Shown here piece after piece: positions 35,714-50,052 of a DNA stretch of 62,448 nucleotides (within the stretch, counting starts at the first letter, position 1; each line of letters starts with the position of its first letter). The translations under genes were made by a program, and so were the position numbers. A model generated the notes under the pieces. It had not been told where the DNA came from, made no database searches, and saw only the letters and a program-made list of their open reading frames with translations. Origin of the DNA: Nemertoderma westbladi (Eukaryota; Animalia; Xenacoelomorpha); NCBI GenBank assembly GCA_032718475.1, contig JAUCBJ010008909.1, positions 1 through 62,448 of the forward strand, read 5' to 3'.

Positions 35714-36658
35714 AATTCTTGAGAGAAGCATTGTAACACCAAATAAATATCACTCGCGTTTCCCCTACAAGACGTGTGTCTTGGTATTATTACGATGAAT
35801 GCCTAAGACCAACCAACAAACGGAAAGACATAAACGTCAACGGAGACGAAGCTTTAAACACGGTTTGCTCGCTGTGTTTGCGGGAGTTTCGAGAGAAACT
35901 TGTTCGATGTGTCACCCACGCTTTCTCGGCTCGGGCGATCCTTGAGTAGACCTATGATCTGAGTTCCTGAATGCTCGGTCAGACCTCCTCCTTCCTTAGT
36001 TAGACCTCGGACTCTTGATCCTAATAGTATCGCGGATCCTCATGAACTGTGCTTACCGTTCCGAGATCCAGTGTTGCCCGAGCCGTTGGTTGGTGGCACT
36101 CAGGTTAATGGCTCCCTAAATATCCGCCTATCTTACCTGGCCGGATTGAGGCACGGACACCCGTTGTTGCCATTCAACCGTGTAATCGGGATCGTTCCCG
36201 TTTAACCCGCTACCACCCGTCATCAAGGTAGAGGAGAGCGTTGTCCGAAACGAGTTAGACGCTATTCCACAAAGATCAGGAAAGAAACCTGCGTTTGTTC
36301 AGATAACTTAAACTAATCTCTAAGAAGATATCGAACTTGGACGACTCTATTCTCCGCGAGATTTTTGGACGAATGTATCCACCGACGAGCAGAGGAAAAT
36401 CAGCTCGAGGAGAAGCATATCGAAACGGCGGATACCCCGACTATAAGCCTGCACCCTCTGATGCAATTATATTGCACCTTTCACCCAGGAGTTATAGCCC
36501 TCCTTGTAAAGTGGTTCGCCCCAAAGAGAAAAGGACTCTGGCCAGCTTTAAAAAACTGCGTAAACGCCGTCCGCGCAAGAAAGACTAACGGTTTAGAGTA
36601 TTTATGTATATTAGAAACTGTGATCTCGTATATTTTATAGACTTCAATCCCATTTTCT

Positions 36659-36666
36659 GGGAGCGG
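36659..36666 (+). other. Short imperfect polypurine tract (GGGAGCGG)
   Basis: Purine-rich run directly 5' of the 3' LTR. Confidence 0.5.
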
Positions 36667-37946
36667 TGTAAAAGCTTCTGTGGGATGCAACTGGTCCTTC
36701 GCCCCGCGATCCAGTTTTTCCCCCATACGCTGAAATACTCTGAAACCTGCTGTAAAAGCGTTTACAGATATAATTGGATCCCCTAGCCCTCGGGGTGCTG
36801 TATAAGTGTTTTTAACGGACATAAAATAGATTCTTCTGAATGTGTGCTTTATGCGGACGTAGCAGGGTACACAACCCGCAATGCGGCATTTCACTGTCAC
36901 TATGTCAAGGGAAGGATTCTGATTACGACATCTCCCAGCTGGATGATGACGTGGAGGGAGCTCTCATTGGACTCCTGGTTCCTTTGTTTTGGTCTAACAA
37001 CCAATCAGGGTGATTTGCGTTTTCCTTGAAGAGATACCTACAGCAGCTCCCAAACTCAGTGTTTATGTCGTTCCATACTGCCTGAAGATCGGCTGGAATG
37101 ACGCAATGTTTCTGCCTTTTTATAAGAACATTAGTAGGCTAAATTATAGAAAGCATAGCTATTATCGATTCGATCCGATTCGATTCGACACGATTCCAAT
37201 TTATAACTTAACGATTCAATGCAATCTAATTATATCTTAACCTACCGTCATACTGCTTTTACTGTTTGTAATTTTGTATCAGTATAATTGGATGTTATTA
37301 GTTGAAGAATATCAATAATCAACCCACATTTTCCCAATATCTTTGATACACTACAGGTTAGAGAGAAAGGTTATGTACAACAATTGCGACTTTATTATTG
37401 TGTTTGTAGTGAATCTAATGTTGTTTGACAGACACTACCTGAGTCCAGTGCATATCTCTTTATACCTGATCAAAGTCAGTAACTGTCGGCATATCAGTGA
37501 GCAGTGTTGTGCGTTACCGGTAGCGTGCGTGATTGTAAAGTGATTGGATCTGATAATAAAGCATTCCTAAAGAATGCGCCCTATGCTTGAAATTTAAGCC
37601 ATATCGTTGTGTGTAGTATCAGTCATAACTCTGTTTACATAGGTAGAGCGCCACGTCCTAAAAGGAACTGCTAATATTTCCCGAAAGTGAATAATATTTG
37701 TCAGAGATTATATATTAGTAATCAATCGAATAATACAGTAGGCTTGACCGCAAAATAAATTTAAGCCCACGAATCCAGTCTCCCGGTGTTATAAACGGGT
37801 CATTTGGACGCGCATGGACTGGCTTCGGCTAATGTTTTTGGTTTGTTTTTGTATTAAATCTTGTCATCTTATAAAAGGCAGTTTATCAATAAAGACATAT
37901 AAATTTCGGCAGGTTAAACTGCTGAAGGTCTATAAAAGCGCGTACA
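36667..37946 (+). repeat. 3' LTR (1280 bp)
   Basis: No differences from the 5' LTR seen by eye; the LTR-internal ORF translations are identical at offset 10832. Confidence 0.96.
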
Positions 37947-38192
37947 CATTTCGTTGGAAGCTCTGGGGGGTGAGTAATATAATGTCGTTAATCACCATGG
38001 ATTACGCGCAGGCATTAATGACTCTGTGTGTGCAAATACTTCTGGGTTCCTTACTGTCTGTGTATACTAGCCATATAATGCTACACGTAGGCCAATAACT
38101 ACACACAATAAACGGACAATTATTGATTCTACTTGGAAACAATACAAAATAGCCAAAATACCAGAAAAATTCAATCGATGTCATGTCATATT

Positions 38193-41100
38193 CAAATTAT
38201 AGAAGTAGTACAAGATACTAGTGTTTAGGCGTATTCATATGTTAATAACAACAAATTATAGAAGTAGTACAAGATACTAGTGTTTAGGCGTATTCATATG
38301 TTAACAAATTATAGAAGTAGTACAAGATACTAGTGTTTAGGCGTATTCATATGTTAATAACAACAAATTATAGAAGTAGTACAAGATACTAGTGTTTAGG
38401 CGTATTCATATGTTAATAACAACAAATTATTGAAGTAGTACAAGATACTAGTGTTTAGGCGTATTCATATGTTAATAACAACAAATTATTGAAGTAGTAC
38501 AAGATACTAGTGTTTAGGCGTATTCATATGTTAATAACAACAAATTATAGAAGTAGTACAAGATACTAGTGTTTAGGCGTATTCATATGTTAATAACAAC
38601 AAACTATTGAAGTAGTACAAGATACTAGTGTTTAGGCGTATTCATATGTTAATAACAACAAATTATAGAAGTAGTACAAGATACTAGTGTTTAGGCGTAT
38701 TCATATGTTAATAACAACAAACTATTGAAGTAGTACAAGATACTAGTGTTTAGGCGTATTCATATGTTAATAACAACAAATTATTGAAGTAGTACAAGAT
38801 ACTAGTGTTTAGGCGTATTCATATGTTAATAACAACAAATTATTGAAGTAGTACAAGATACTAGTGTTTAGGCGTATTCATATGTTAATAACAACAAATT
38901 ATTGAAGTAGTACAAGATACTAGTGTTTAGGCGTATTCATATGTTAATAACAACAAATTATAGAAGTAGTACAAGATACTAGTGTTTAGGCGTATTCATA
39001 TGTTAATAACAACAAATTATTGAAGTAGTACAAGATACTAGTGTTTAGGCGTATTCATATGTTAATAACAACAAATTATTGAAGTAGTACAAGATACTAG
39101 TGTTTAGGCGTATTCATATGTTAATAACAACAAATTATTGAAGTAGTACAAGATACTAGTGTTTAGGCGTATTCATATGTTAATAACAACAAATTATAGA
39201 AGTAGTACAAGATACTAGTGTTTAGGCGTATTCATATGTTAATAACAACAAACTATTGAAGTAGTACAAGATACTAGTGTTTAGGCGTATTCATATGTTA
39301 ATAACAACAAATTATAGAAGTAGTACAAGATACTAGTGTTTAGGCGTATTCATATGTTAATAACAACAAATTATTGAAGTAGTACAAGATACTAGTGTTT
39401 AGGCGTATTCATATGTTAATAACAACAAATTATAGAAGTAGTACAAGATACTAGTGTTTAGGCGTATTCATATGTTAATAACAACAAATTATAGAAGTAG
39501 TACAAGATACTAGTGTTTAGGCGTATTCATATGTTAATAACAACAAATTATTGAAGTAGTACAAGATACTAGTGTTTAGGCGTATTCATATGTTAATAAC
39601 AACAAATTATAGAAGTAGTACAAGATACTAGTGTTTAGGCGTATTCATATGTTAATAACAACAAATTATTGAAGTAGTACAAGATACTAGTGTTTAGGCG
39701 TATTCATATGTTAATAACAACAAACTATTGAAGTAGTACAAGATACTAGTGTTTAGGCGTATTCATATGTTAATAACAACAAATTATAGAAGTAGTACAA
39801 GATACTAGTGTTTAGGCGTATTCATATGTTAATAACAACAAATTATTGAAGTAGTACAAGATACTAGTGTTTAGGCGTATTCATATGTTAATAACAACAA
39901 ATTATAGAAGTAGTACAAGATACTAGTGTTTAGGCGTATTCATATGTTAATAACAACAAATTATTGAAGTAGTACAAGATACTAGTGTTTAGGCGTATTC
40001 ATATGTTAATAACAACAAATTATTGAAGTAGTACAAGATACTAGTGTTTAGGCGTATTCATATGTTAATAACAACAAATTATAGAAGTAGTACAAGATAC
40101 TAGTGTTTAGGCGTATTCATATGTTAATAACAACAAATTATTGAAGTAGTACAAGATACTAGTGTTTAGGCGTATTCATATGTTAATAACAACAAATTAT
40201 AGAAGTAGTACAAGATACTAGTGTTTAGGCGTATTCATATGTTAATAACAACAAATTATTGAAGTAGTACAAGATACTAGTGTTTAGGCGTATTCATATG
40301 TTAATAACAACAAATTATAGAAGTAGTACAAGATACTAGTGTTTAGGCGTATTCATATGTTAATAACAACAAATTATTGAAGTAGTACAAGATACTAGTG
40401 TTTAGGCGTATTCATATGTTAATAACAACAAATTATAGAAGTAGTACAAGATACTAGTGTTTAGGCGTATTCATATGTTAATAACAACAAATTATAGAAG
40501 TAGTACAAGATACTAGTGTTTAGGCGTATTCATATGTTAATAACAACAAATTATTGAAGTAGTACAAGATACTAGTGTTTAGGCGTATTCATATGTTAAT
40601 AACAACAAATTATAGAAGTAGTACAAGATACTAGTGTTTAGGCGTATTCATATGTTAATAACAACAAATTATTGAAGTAGTACAAGATACTAGTGTTTAG
40701 GCGTATTCATATGTTAATAACAACAAATTATAGAAGTAGTACAAGATACTAGTGTTTAGGCGTATTCATATGTTAATAACAACAAATTATAGAAGTAGTA
40801 CAAGATACTAGTGTTTAGGCGTATTCATATGTTAATAACAACAAACTATTGAAGTAGTACAAGATACTAGTGTTTAGGCGTATTCATATGTTAATAACAA
40901 CAAATTATAGAAGTAGTACAAGATACTAGTGTTTAGGCGTATTCATATGTTAATAACAACAAATTATTGAAGTAGTACAAGATACTAGTGTTTAGGCGTA
41001 TTCATATGTTAATAACAACAAATTATAGAAGTAGTACAAGATACTAGTGTTTAGGCGTATTCATATGTTAATAACAACAAATTATAGAAGTAGTACAAGA

Positions 41101-43151
41101 TACTAGTGTTTAGGCGTATTCATATGTTAATAACAACAAATTATTGAAGTAGTACAAGATACTAGTGTTTAGGCGTATTCATATGTTAATAACAACAAAT
41201 TATAGAAGTAGTACAAGATACTAGTGTTTAGGCGTATTCATATGTTAATAACAACAAATTATAGAAGTAGTACAAGATACTAGTGTTTAGGCGTATTCAT
41301 ATGTTAATAACAACAAATTATAGAAGTAGTACAAGATACTAGTGTTTAGGCGTATTCATATGTTAATAACAACAAATTATAGAAGTAGTACAAGATACTA
41401 GTGTTTAGGCGTATTCATATGTTAATAACAACAAATTATAGAAGTAGTACAAGATACTAGTGTTTAGGCGTATTCATATGTTAATAACAACAAATTATTG
41501 AAGTAGTACAAGATACTAGTGTTTAGGCGTATTCATATGTTAATAACAACAAATTATAGAAGTAGTACAAGATACTAGTGTTTAGGCGTATTCATATGTT
41601 AATAACAACAAATTATAGAAGTAGTACAAGATACTAGTGTTTAGGCGTATTCATATGTTAATAACAACAAATTATTGAAGTAGTACAAGATACTAGTGTT
41701 TAGGCGTATTCATATGTTAATAACAACAAATTATAGAAGTAGTACAAGATACTAGTGTTTAGGCGTATTCATATGTTAATAACAACAAATTATTGAAGTA
41801 GTACAAGATACTAGTGTTTAGGCGTATTCATATGTTAATAACAACAAATTATAGAAGTAGTACAAGATACTAGTGTTTAGGCGTATTCATATGTTAATAA
41901 CAACAAATTATAGAAGTAGTACAAGATACTAGTGTTTAGGCGTATTCATATGTTAATAACAACAAACTATTGAAGTAGTACAAGATACTAGTGTTTAGGC
42001 GTATTCATATGTTAATAACAACAAATTATAGAAGTAGTACAAGATACTAGTGTTTAGGCGTATTCATATGTTAATAACAACAAATTATTGAAGTAGTACA
42101 AGATACTAGTGTTTAGGCGTATTCATATGTTAATAACAACAAATTATTGAAGTAGTACAAGATACTAGTGTTTAGGCGTATTCATATGTTAATAACAACA
42201 AATTATAGAAGTAGTACAAGATACTAGTGTTTAGGCGTATTCATATGTTAATAACAACAAATTATTGAAGTAGTACAAGATACTAGTGTTTAGGCGTATT
42301 CATATGTTAATAACAACAAATTATAGAAGTAGTACAAGATACTAGTGTTTAGGCGTATTCATATGTTAATAACAACAAACTATTGAAGTAGTACAAGATA
42401 CTAGTGTTTAGGCGTATTCATATGTTAATAACAACAAATTATAGAAGTAGTACAAGATACTAGTGTTTAGGCGTATTCATATGTTAATAACAACAAATTA
42501 TAGAAGTAGTACAAGATACTAGTGTTTAGGCGTATTCATATGTTAATAACAACAAACTATTGAAGTAGTACAAGATACTAGTGTTTAGGCGTATTCATAT
42601 GTTAATAACAACAAATTATAGAAGTAGTACAAGATACTAGTGTTTAGGCGTATTCATATGTTAATAACAACAAATTATAGAAGTAGTACAAGATACTAGT
42701 GTTTAGGCGTATTCATATGTTAATAACAACAAATTATAGAAGTAGTACAAGATACTAGTGTTTAGGCGTATTCATATGTTAATAACAACAAATTATTGAA
42801 GTAGTACAAGATACTAGTGTTTAGGCGTATTCATATGTTAATAACAACAAATTATAGAAGTAGTACAAGATACTAGTGTTTAGGCGTATTCATATGTTAA
42901 TAACAACAAATTATAGAAGTAGTACAAGATACTAGTGTTTAGGCGTATTCATATGTTAATAACAACAAACTATTGAAGTAGTACAAGATACTAGTGTTTA
43001 GGCGTATTCATATGTTAATAACAACAAATTATAGAAGTAGTACAAGATACTAGTGTTTAGGCGTATTCATATGTTAATAACAACAAATTATAGAAGTAGT
43101 ACAAGATACTAGTGTTTAGGCGTATTCATATGTTAATAACAACAAACTATT
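38193..43151. repeat. 59-bp AT-rich satellite array, about 84 highly homogeneous copies
   Basis: Consensus AAATTATAGAAGTAGTACAAGATACTAGTGTTTAGGCGTATTCATATGTTAATAACAAC; essentially two variable sites. Confidence 0.98.
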
Positions 43152-43649
43152 TAAGAAAGCTGCATGGAGTACATTATGAATCTGAATACTATTTTTTGTT
43201 GAGAACATCGTCGTCTTTAATATCATGCGGAACGGATCCTATTGGTGACCTCGATGTTAAAGTCCGCTCTATAACCATTTCGACAAACAGCTCTCAGTTA
43301 TTAGTAGTGCCATCCCATGACTGCCACTATGCCATATGCATGCATGTATATTATATAATTAATTATATGGTCAGAGATTCCCAAACACATTTAATTCTTT
43401 CATACCAAATAGTACGTATCTGAAAGAACTTAGTTTTAGATTCATGAAAAACTCAACAAACTCAAACTGAGTTGTTGCAATTGAACATGAACACAGTGAT
43501 AAAAAGAGCTACACATATTCATAAATACTTACTGTTTTGTGCTTTTTTCACTTACTGGTCTGTATGTATGCTTTACTAGTTATATGTATACTTATTTATC
43601 AAGTATATTTATATGTACGCAATTATTATTAAATTAAATGTTATTTGCA

Positions 43650-45480
43650 GCTGAAAATGACTCCCTGAATATGCGTAATATTCCAGGGTGGAACGAGAAT
43701 GTACGAAATTTTAAAAATTCTACGAAAAGTTCGAACATTCTCGAATGGTTTTTAAGCAGTGAAGAGATGCAGGCTCGCCCCATAAGGGTGAACTGCATCG
43801 GCAGTATCTTAAAAGTAAGGCGCCTTTCAAAAGATCCTTACGTCAGTGTAAGAGAAATACGGCTGCTTTTAAAGCAGATAAAAGGGCATCCTCACATTTA
43901 GAGAAGGATAGTCGTGATTTTTGGAACAATGTTAAAAAGGAAAATAATATTAATGTGCCATTACCTAATGTTGTTGGTGGTGCGGTCGGTGCAAAACAAA
44001 TATGCAATATGTTTAAAGATTCTTATTCCGCATTATTTAATTGTAATTCTTCAAATAATGAATTTCATATACGTAGTGTAGATGAGCCTTTATCCCATAC
44101 TAATTTCTCCTCAGATATGATTATTAGTCCTGAGGAAATAAGTTGCGCAATTTCCAATCTTAAGGCTGGTAAAGCAGCTGGACCTGGTGGAATTAGTGCC
44201 GAGAATTTTATATTTGGTGAATGCGATATACTTAATGTTCTATTGTCCATCATTCTATGTACAATAAATCTCCATGGTTACCTTTCTGATAGCTTAATAC
44301 ATAATCATTCTTGTGCCTATAATTTAGGATAAAAACAGCCCCATTGATGATAAAGGTAACTATCGACCGATAGCGTTGTCTGATATCTTTGGCAAATTAT
44401 TCGAATATATTTTATTTGCTCGTATTGAATCATTTTTGATTACAAGTGATTTCCAGTTTTCGTTTTAAGTCAAAGAGTGGTACTGAATTATGTGTTTATA
44501 GCTTAAAATAGGTTATAGATTACTATCTTCACAATGCTTCATCTGTTTATGTATGCTTTCTTAATGCTAGTAAGGCATTTGATAGACTCGTTCATGATAA
44601 ACTCTTTCACAAATTATTAGATAGGAATATACCATTATATATTGTTAGAACTTTAGTTTACTGGTATCGGTTTCAAACTCTACAGGTCAAATGGGGATTT
44701 TTAATGTGTATATGGATAATTTATCGGATATACTATTATGCACTAATGTTGGATGCATGTTTGATGGTTCTAGAATTAACCATCTCATTTACGCTGACGA
44801 CATCTGTTTAAATAATCTAATTCTGCTGTAGGTTTACAAATATTAATCAATGCTTGTTTTGATTACAGTATTAGTCACAATATTTTGTTTAACCTAAAGA
44901 AATCGAAAGTTATGTTTTTCAATGATCGTTTTAGTAACCTAGTTGATATGGCGCCAATGTATTTATATGATAAAATAATTTCTAGAACCGATAAATATAC
45001 CTATTTAGGACATGTAATTCACGAAAGTCGAGAATACGATTATGATATTAAGAATGTAACTAGGGGGTTATACGCACGCGCAAATACATTATATAGGAAA
45101 TTTATTAATTGCAGTAACACCGTGAAATTTACTCTTTTTAGGTCATATATCACGCCTCTTTATTGTAACGCATTATGGTCCGCTCAGAATTATTCTGAAT
45201 ATGTATATAACCGTCTTAAGGTTGCTTATAATTCGGCTGCCCGTATGTTTTTCAAATTGCCTTTCTGTTCTAGTATGTCATTATTTTTTTGGTACTAACA
45301 ATTTACCGTGTTTCATTCACATTCGATATAGATCTATACAAAGTTTGTACGATAGGGTTAATGTATAATATTGTTTCACTGGTTAATAGGTGCACAATAC
45401 ATAGTTCTAGGATCTTCAATTACATATTTGTCAATAATAATTTACATACAGTATAGTCGCTTAACGACGATAATATCCAA
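43650..45480 (+). mobile_element. Decayed LINE reverse transcriptase (RTE-X-like), with stops, frameshifts and an internal deletion
   Basis: IPGWNE, LKAGKAAGPGGISAE, NYRPIAL, CFLNASKAFDR, HLIYADDI, FNLKKSKVM, YTYLGH, LYARANTL...LFRSY spread over several frames; clade call is from memory of motifs. Confidence 0.85.
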
Positions 45481-45705
45481 CAGTATCACATTATACAACT
45501 TCTCCTATGTGCTATTAATTATTATTATCGGTTGATGTTAATTTTAATATTAATTGTTACCTGGAATAAAGTATAAATAAAAAATATTTATCGTATAACA
45601 TAAGTTTCATGTTACTTTTGTGAAAAATATTAACGAATACAGGGATTTATTAGATACATTCATGACATTATATTATCTATCAAATATAATAAAACTGTTC
45701 TTGTG

Positions 45706-45992
45706 CGATGTCACCGACTGACTCCCCCATATTAATGGAGTTATCAACAATGTCCAGCAGCTACTGATGTCACCGACTCGCACATATTAATGGAGTTATC
45801 AACAATGTCCAGCAGCTACTGATGTCACCGACTCCCCCATATTAATGGAGTTATCAACAATGTCCAGCATCTACTGATGTCACCGACTGACTCCCCCATA
45901 TTAATGGAGTTATCAACAATGTCCAGCAGCTACTGATGTCACCGACTCCCCCATATTAATGGAGTTATCAACAATGTCCAGCATCTACTGAT
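45706..45992. repeat. 55-59 bp minisatellite, about 5 copies
   Basis: GATGTCACCGACT(GACT)CCCCCATATTAATGGAGTTATCAACAATGTCCAGCAGCTACT repeated. Confidence 0.92.
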
Positions 45993-46149
45993 TTTCATGC
46001 GAAGAATTTATAAACCCGGTACAGTCTTTGTATATTTGTTTAGTCATGCATGCCAAACAAACATACCGTTAATGGCGGTTCACAAACACTGCCCGAAGTT
46101 TCAGCTTCGAAGAAAAATAATGCCCAATTTGTTTAAGTAGATTTCCGGA

Positions 46150-46834
46150 AAAAAGGTAAGGAGACTTATTGCAAAATAAACAGCCATATAATCTGTTTCT
46201 ATGACTAAGACTTTCACTGTTCTCTAATGGAACAGTGACTACTGTTGACGGTGACACAGAAGAATTTGAAGTGTTATGGGGATTCAGGGAGACACACTTG
46301 CGCCATTCTTGTTCATAATTGTGGTTTAACTATATTCTACGCATGTCCTTAGATCATCATAATGATGATGGATGGGGTGATGGTAACACCACTCCTCTAT
46401 GGGAGTCCATGCTGGGCTCTAACTGCTGAGGACACCAAATCTCTGGATGGCACATTCACAAGAATGCTACGCCGGGTTCATTGTGTCAAGTACAATGCAC
46501 ACATCTCCAACCAGACACTATACAACATTGGAGGTGTCTCATTGGTTCCCCCAAGCTTGACCCTAGAACAAAGTCGCCTCCGCTTTGCAGGACATTGCTT
46601 CCGCCGTGAGGACAAGCCAGTGCATAATCTTGTACTTTGGCAGCCTCATGGAGTGAATAAGCATGGTGGACAGCCCAAGACTTTCTTGAGACACATCTTA
46701 AAGGACACTGGCCTTGAATATGCGGATGATCTAGCGAATGTCATGGGTGATAGTGGCAGCGCGATTTTGTCGACAGGCCGGCACAGCATTCTTAAAAATG
46801 CAGCTGCAATGCAGCATACCGATCCTAGTAGTAG
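46150..46834 (+). mobile_element. RTE LINE fragment with internal deletion and (TAG)n tail
   Basis: Homologous to the 6744-8316 copy: the DGDTE.FEV...GDTLAPFLF block is joined near 46390 to LLYGSPCWALT...RLRFAGHCFRRED...; ends GATCCTAGTAGTAG. Confidence 0.9.
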
Positions 46835-49800
46835 TTCTAATGGAGCAGGACTAGTTACCTTGAACTGTAATCAGAAACACTGCAGGTTGACTATTGTTTA
46901 CATCAGACGGGAGACGGGAGGTTTCCGAACCTCTCCAGCGAAGAATCGAAGACTCCCTCCAGAATCCCTCCAGCATCTCACCATTATTCGAATAGCGATC
47001 TCCCGTTTTACGTTTTCGCGATACGTTTTCGGTTGGCAATTACAGTTTAGGCACTGTAAGTAGAATTTATTGTATTTATTCTGTATTATCTATCTCTATT
47101 TTTGTTGAGACATTTGGGATTTACACGGAGGGTTTTTGATTTTGCCGGCGAATGCCTACAGTAGACCTATTATATGTAACATCACAACATCGGAGGGTCG
47201 ATAGTTTTGTACTTATTTTTACTTATTTTTTACTTATTTTTACTATATCTTTACAAGTTGACACAAATAAACACGCATATTCACGAAAACTTTGTTAGTC
47301 TATTTGTCTAGACGCATATTATCGTATGTGAAACGGAAATCGATTGTAACCAAGTCAGGGCCAGTGTATTAGGGCCAGTTAGAAGGTGAACTTTACAACC
47401 AACAACCAAAAGAACAGAAATTAGGCCTACATTGAGTTCAAGCCCTATGGAATGTATTTATTTACATACATACTTTAGTTTAGTAGCGTTTTATGGTCTG
47501 GTGGTGTTTAAATTGCGCTTATTAATTGGTTATTGTGTCAGCAGACCAGACCCAGACAGTTAGTAGGCCCTATTGTTGGGCCAAATTATCAAGCAAGTAT
47601 ATTTACTACTGTACGAACATAAAGATGTTGAGTTATCATTTACTTTCACTAAACACAAAAATTGATGATTTATTTACTTATCCAATATTGTTGTTTCTGA
47701 TGGTAATTTAAGTTTAGTATGATAGACTGCCAACAGAGTAACTAGATAGTGTAACTTGACGGCCAAATATATCAAATAAACTACAATTAGATAGTGTGAT
47801 ACCGATGAAGTTGGCAGAATGCGGTGGGGGTGGATTTTAGATAAACACAATGTTAATAATAACAGGTGCATGAACCTGATATTTAGTAAGTTAAATTAAT
47901 GTAGGGAGGAAGGTCTACCTGAATTAGGACACTATATTCCAGGACTTATATTTCAATTTTTTTATTCCGACAATCCTGTCCCTTTTAAATACACGGGAGT
48001 CGGTGTCGGAATATAATTATAATCTGTTGTAGCGGTAACTACTCCACATCCACTACTCGGGGCCTAAAGCTATGTTGTACATTATTATTATTATTAATCA
48101 CGTCAAGTTGTAAATATTTTATTTAACAAAATACTATAAAAACGATAAAATGGTTTGCAGCTGAACGAGTTTAATTAAATTAAATTGAATTTTGTTGTTG
48201 GGAACCAAAAGACAGGACAGCAACTGACATGTGACTGACTACAACTGACTCAGTAATTATCCGACTTACACAGTAAATCGATAGAGTATTATATTGTAAA
48301 AGATAATGATTACGGTGTAAATAGGCCTACTCAGTAGGAAAGACTTCAGTAATCTACTCTCCATGTATTTATAGGAAGCCGTTTACACAATAGCCAAGCC
48401 TAGTGGATTGTGAGAACATATTACTTTCAATTAATCAGCTTATGGTATGCTGAAAGTTTATAAAACATATTTTGCGCTAGAATTTAATCTTTTTGTTAAT
48501 TTTGTTGACACTTTTTTGCGCTTTTTTTGTGGTGCAATAAGTCATGGAAATATAAAAGGAATGCAGCAAAAGGTGAGAAAAACACAGCAGAAATAAAGAC
48601 GTCAATTAACAAACTTTTTTATGTATTATTCTAACGAAAATTATCCGTTAAGGAGTGCTTACTTTATTCTATATTAAACAGTAGAGATAGTATTTGGTAA
48701 GCGTTGGGCCTCTAAATTACTTTACGTTAATAGACTAGATAAGGCAAAGGTGAGATAAATTGGCTTTATAAAATAACTTAAATTGGCCCCATAATAGCTA
48801 GTAAATAATGTTTGTTGTCCATTCCACCCGCTAGAAAAACGGTAAGTCTTTTCATGCTGGAGTTTGTAAACAACAGAAAAGGGGAACCCGCCCAATTAGT
48901 GCACTGTGTGACATCGCAGGGGAATAAGTCGCAAAGAAGGGCTAAGGAATTAATAGCAGTTTGTAGCCCGAGGGTAGGACACCTCAGTATGCGAGGCTCG
49001 GCCCGGCCCCAGTTCCTATAGAGGAGAGGTCACCCAACCACGGAGCCCCCCTCCCGGTTCGCCCAACAGCTACCGCGCCTCGTTAATTCTGGTTGCCACA
49101 TTGTTTCCCCACATTGGGATGCCACAGGCGCAACACCTACATTGTGCAATGCCGCTTTGAAAACAACGCCGCTATACAGCAATTACGTTGTAGGGCAACA
49201 TGATTGGGGCTCCTGCGCTCACCCAAAGGGCCCATTCCTTACGTTGCAAGCCCCAAACTCGCTGAAATTGGGTACCTAAATCAGGACGATAATACTCGTA
49301 AAGTGGCCTGACAAGTTAAGCCTCGAGGGCCAAGAATAACCCGTGTTGTTTAAACTCTGTGTTTCTTTACTTAATTGGAATTTATGGACCTCCGCTTGTT
49401 AATCTGTACTTTTTGATGAGAAGCAATCCAAGCGATCCATTTGATGCATACATAAGATTTACTAATATCTTTTGTTGTATTCAAAATGAACTGTATTGTG
49501 AAAATTTTAAGAAAATACCAAGACCAGGAAATTTCGATAAATGAAACTGTAAGTTTTGCTGTATCATAAAGTTTAAACGGAGACTAATGATAGACAATAA
49601 ATTACTGTTGGCCGGCTAAAGATAACGATTCATTCATATTACAGGGAGAGCTGACTTCGTCGTTTGGGAATTCATCATTAGCTTGGCTTGCATGAACTTG
49701 ATGATCTTGCTATTGAATTACTGTACCTATTGAACTTTACAAATTCTACCAGTAAGTCTATAGGCCCGGCTACCAGTAGGCCTACTCTAGTGTATAATAT

Positions 49801-50052
49801 GATTTAAAATTCTGCTTTTAGGAAGGCGAACTACAGTATTTAATATCACCTATAATGGTAGTATATTTAATCAATTAACTGTACCCAATTAAGGGTCTAC
49901 ATACAATTGCACAACTCCAGTATACAGTACTTAAATTAGACATGAATTTATATATTATTAAATACAATTACCGGATTATAATATAACAGAATGGAATATA
50001 CAATGGAATGGAATAGAACAGAATATAATAGATAATGAATGCTTTTATGGTG

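Larger units (their letters stand above)
25835..37946 (+). mobile_element. Complete non-autonomous BEL/Pao-derived LTR retrotransposon, 12112 bp
   Basis: Two 1280-bp direct repeats bounded by TGTA...TACA; 5-bp TSD CATTT at 25830-25834 and 37947-37951; internal Gag-protease ORF with BEL/Pao domain order. Confidence 0.95.
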
